From Balanoglossus misakiensis (taxonomy: Eukaryota; Animalia; Hemichordata): a DNA stretch of 64,000 bases. A model generated the notes under the pieces. It worked only from the letters and a program-made list of their open reading frames with translations. It was not told the DNA's origin and made no database searches. Shown piece after piece: positions 61,201 to 64,000 of the stretch (the stretch's first letter is position 1; every line of letters starts with the position of its first letter). The stretch spans positions 1,077,500 to 1,141,499 of the forward strand of contig CM082587.2 of NCBI GenBank assembly GCA_040954595.2, in the 5' to 3' direction. The translations under genes were made by a program, and so were the position numbers.

Positions 61201-64000
61201 CATGTAAAATATGACATCATCCAGAGATGAGCTATGGATGTTGTGTACATAAAGGGTGTTTATCACAGATCATTCCAGCCACTGTCTTGAAATTTCCTGC
61301 AACAGACTTCCCTGTACATTCTAGTGAGTGTGCAATGTAATTCTTTACTTTCACTGCCAACCACAGGAGTTCATTCAGCCACCGCAAAAACCATTCCTGA
61401 ATGTTAAAGGTTCCTTTGAAGTTTTATCTGAGAAACCACAAAGCAGTCGCAGTCTCTTTCGGCCAAGCAAAACCACAAAGCCCATCAGACGCCTCGAGCA
61501 ACAAAAGACGAAAGCACTATTTCACAGCAAGCATGCACACCCACACTCGCACAAAGAACATTTATGTACTGCCACTACCACCACAGGAAATTAATTCTAA
61601 ATGCACATCATGTCAAAGATATCAATCATTTTTTTAAGTGCTGAGAGAGAGAGCCACTGAAGTAGAACAACAGCATCTGACTTTCTAACAGACTCCATTA
61701 TTTCATCACCTTTTACATCTACAGCATGTGTATACAAGGTTTGAATCCAAAACAAACGGCCAACATAGTATCTTCATATTCTTTACAGTATTTCTACTGA
61801 TAAGATGAATCTCTGACTGGACTGTGCAATAGTCTTAACATTGTTATCAGTTTGATTATTGTGTTGCAACTGAACAGGCATGCATTTTTTCAGTTGTCAA
61901 ATTTCCTAGACAGAAATAGACAAAGATAACTTCGTTAATTACCAGGTATTATAAAATAACTCGCACAATTAATAACAGTTTCATTGGAGACAGTTCAATT
62001 ATCTGAAGTACAAGTGACTTTCAATTCTTAATTGGAATTTCAGTTTATTTGATACAAGGTTATAAAGTGAAATAGATTCAGAAGATCACCCTCCCTCTTA
62101 CGTAAGACACAGAAATGTTTCAGCACACGTACAACATATACTAGTGATTGTGTGAACACGACATGAATTACTGATGCACTTTGGCTTACAGACGGCAACC
62201 CGACTGATTAAAACATATGGATGTGTGTTCTGCACTGCTGAAGAACAAAACTTGACAATCTAATTGGCTGTGAAAATCCCAGAAGAGCTCGATTTTCCAG
62301 CATTGCAAGGCACGATGCAGTGACCTTTTCAAAGTAATCTTTCCGTTGAATTTTCTGCTGATTGAGTGTGATTGGGTTGAAAAGGATGCAATTCAAGGTA
62401 ATTCTTTATATCAGATGGATCCGATGAAAATGTAGCAGGTATATTGCTGGTAGGCATTACTCATATCAGATAATTATGCTGATAATTGCATGGTTATTAT
62501 TAGACGACCAGGATGTGTGTGGGTGTGGAGAACCTAGCTACTGAGATGTCCTCGGAATTTGCACGACTTCTTCAAGTCACATGTATGGGCAGGTGTAGAA
62601 AAAAGACACCTATAGCATATTTTACAAAAAAGTCTTAGAAAGCTTGCTCAGAGCGGGTCTGAGCCAACCCAAACAATGCACTCTTGGGCTTCATCAACGT
62701 TCTGTGTATTTTGAATTATGGCAAAATGTAAGTCCTAGATCAAAACATCACAAATGCACCATCTGTTAATATATCCATGAACCTAAAAGAAGTCCAAGGT
62801 TTCGCCTGATTAAAACGCTGACTTCACTACACAATGCCCACAGAACTTTGAATACATCAAATAGAGTCTATTCATACCACAATTACAATACACTTTTCCA
62901 TGGCCATGACACTCCTAAACACATCAGCAATAATTGTGCTGCGTCAAAAAATGTCATGACTCGACCGTTATTTTCACAACTGTTTGTGAACAAAACAGCA
63001 ACAAAATATACTGTAGCCCAGAAGCTTCAGCTACTATCCCTTTAATATAAACAACCATGATATGCCACAACAAAATTGCGCACAGATTATGGGCAGCCAT
63101 ATTTTATTTTCCAGCACATCAATCAACAGCAGGAATTGACAAATATTCAGCAATGGAAAATAAAGATTTCCCAGATCACATTTCTCATCATACATGTATA
63201 ACATGAAACATTTTGTGAAATTTGACTTCCAGATCTACTGGCTTAATTTGTAAGTATTCCTCATGACAAAGAATATAATTCCCGTATCCTACTAAAACCA
63301 GAAACACGATACTATTTATCATCTGCCCCTCAAGCAACAATATAATTAGTCAAAACTAAAGGAAAGTTTCTCATTTTCTTAATATCCTGCTCAGAGCGTC
63401 TTCCCACTTTTCACAAACAAATGGTATCCTTGTATATATGACACAGGAAACCATTTTTTTTCTCCCTTTCTGGTTTGGGGCAATTTTTCCTTTATGGTTT
63501 TTATGTCTCATTATTTTCATCTCTGTGTTTTTCATCAATTTCTAGTATTGCTTTTTTCTTCTATCTATTTCTACCTCCGACATTTCCGAAATGTCACTAC
63601 AGATCATATACTCCAGGTACGTATCAGGAGCTATTACATCTATCCTAGTTTCTAACCAGCAACCCCCCAAAACATCTACGATTATTGAAGTTTTTTCCAT
63701 GAAATTGCACGTAAAACTTTTAAATTGTCCTTCCCCTACATCAATCTTAGAAATTGAGTATACTATAAGGGCAGCATCTGTTTGGTGACAACTAGACAAC
63801 AAGCAGACCCACAGGTCTATAAATAAAGCATTATATTGGTGTGTTAGGCTTTTGCTTCAACTGAAAAGATATTCCCCAGTTAAAGGTTTAATAACAATGT
63901 CACAAAAGGTGAAGGTTTCCCTCACAATAAATGAAAGAACTGGCTGCCGATTTTTATGGTCTTATAAAGGAATAATCTTCTCAAGTTGGTTTTCTTTCTT

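Overview
This is gene-dense, intron-containing DNA from an invertebrate animal (deuterostome-like; the species cannot be fixed from sequence alone). The window opens in a homogeneous 87-bp satellite array (1-~2240). It then holds seven spliced genes: SCYL3 (-), PRRC2/BAT2 (-), STX6 (+), WDR47 (+), DAXX (-), an amidohydrolase_2/L-fuconolactonase-like gene (+) and the 3' part of RXR (-). Most of these families map to the human MHC or its paralogons, so this looks like a compact proto-MHC block. Non-coding highlights: (i) a TTAA-flanked Kolobok-type MITE in WDR47 whose central spacer is a colinear copy of the satellite monomer; (ii) three paralogous intronic box C/D snoRNA candidates in PRRC2 with a shared guide for which I could not recognise a target; (iii) an AT-AC U12 intron in STX6; (iv) TA-flanked MITEs, hairpins and candidate alternative splice sites. 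Exon boundaries and alignments were read by eye and may be off by a few bases. No database search was run.
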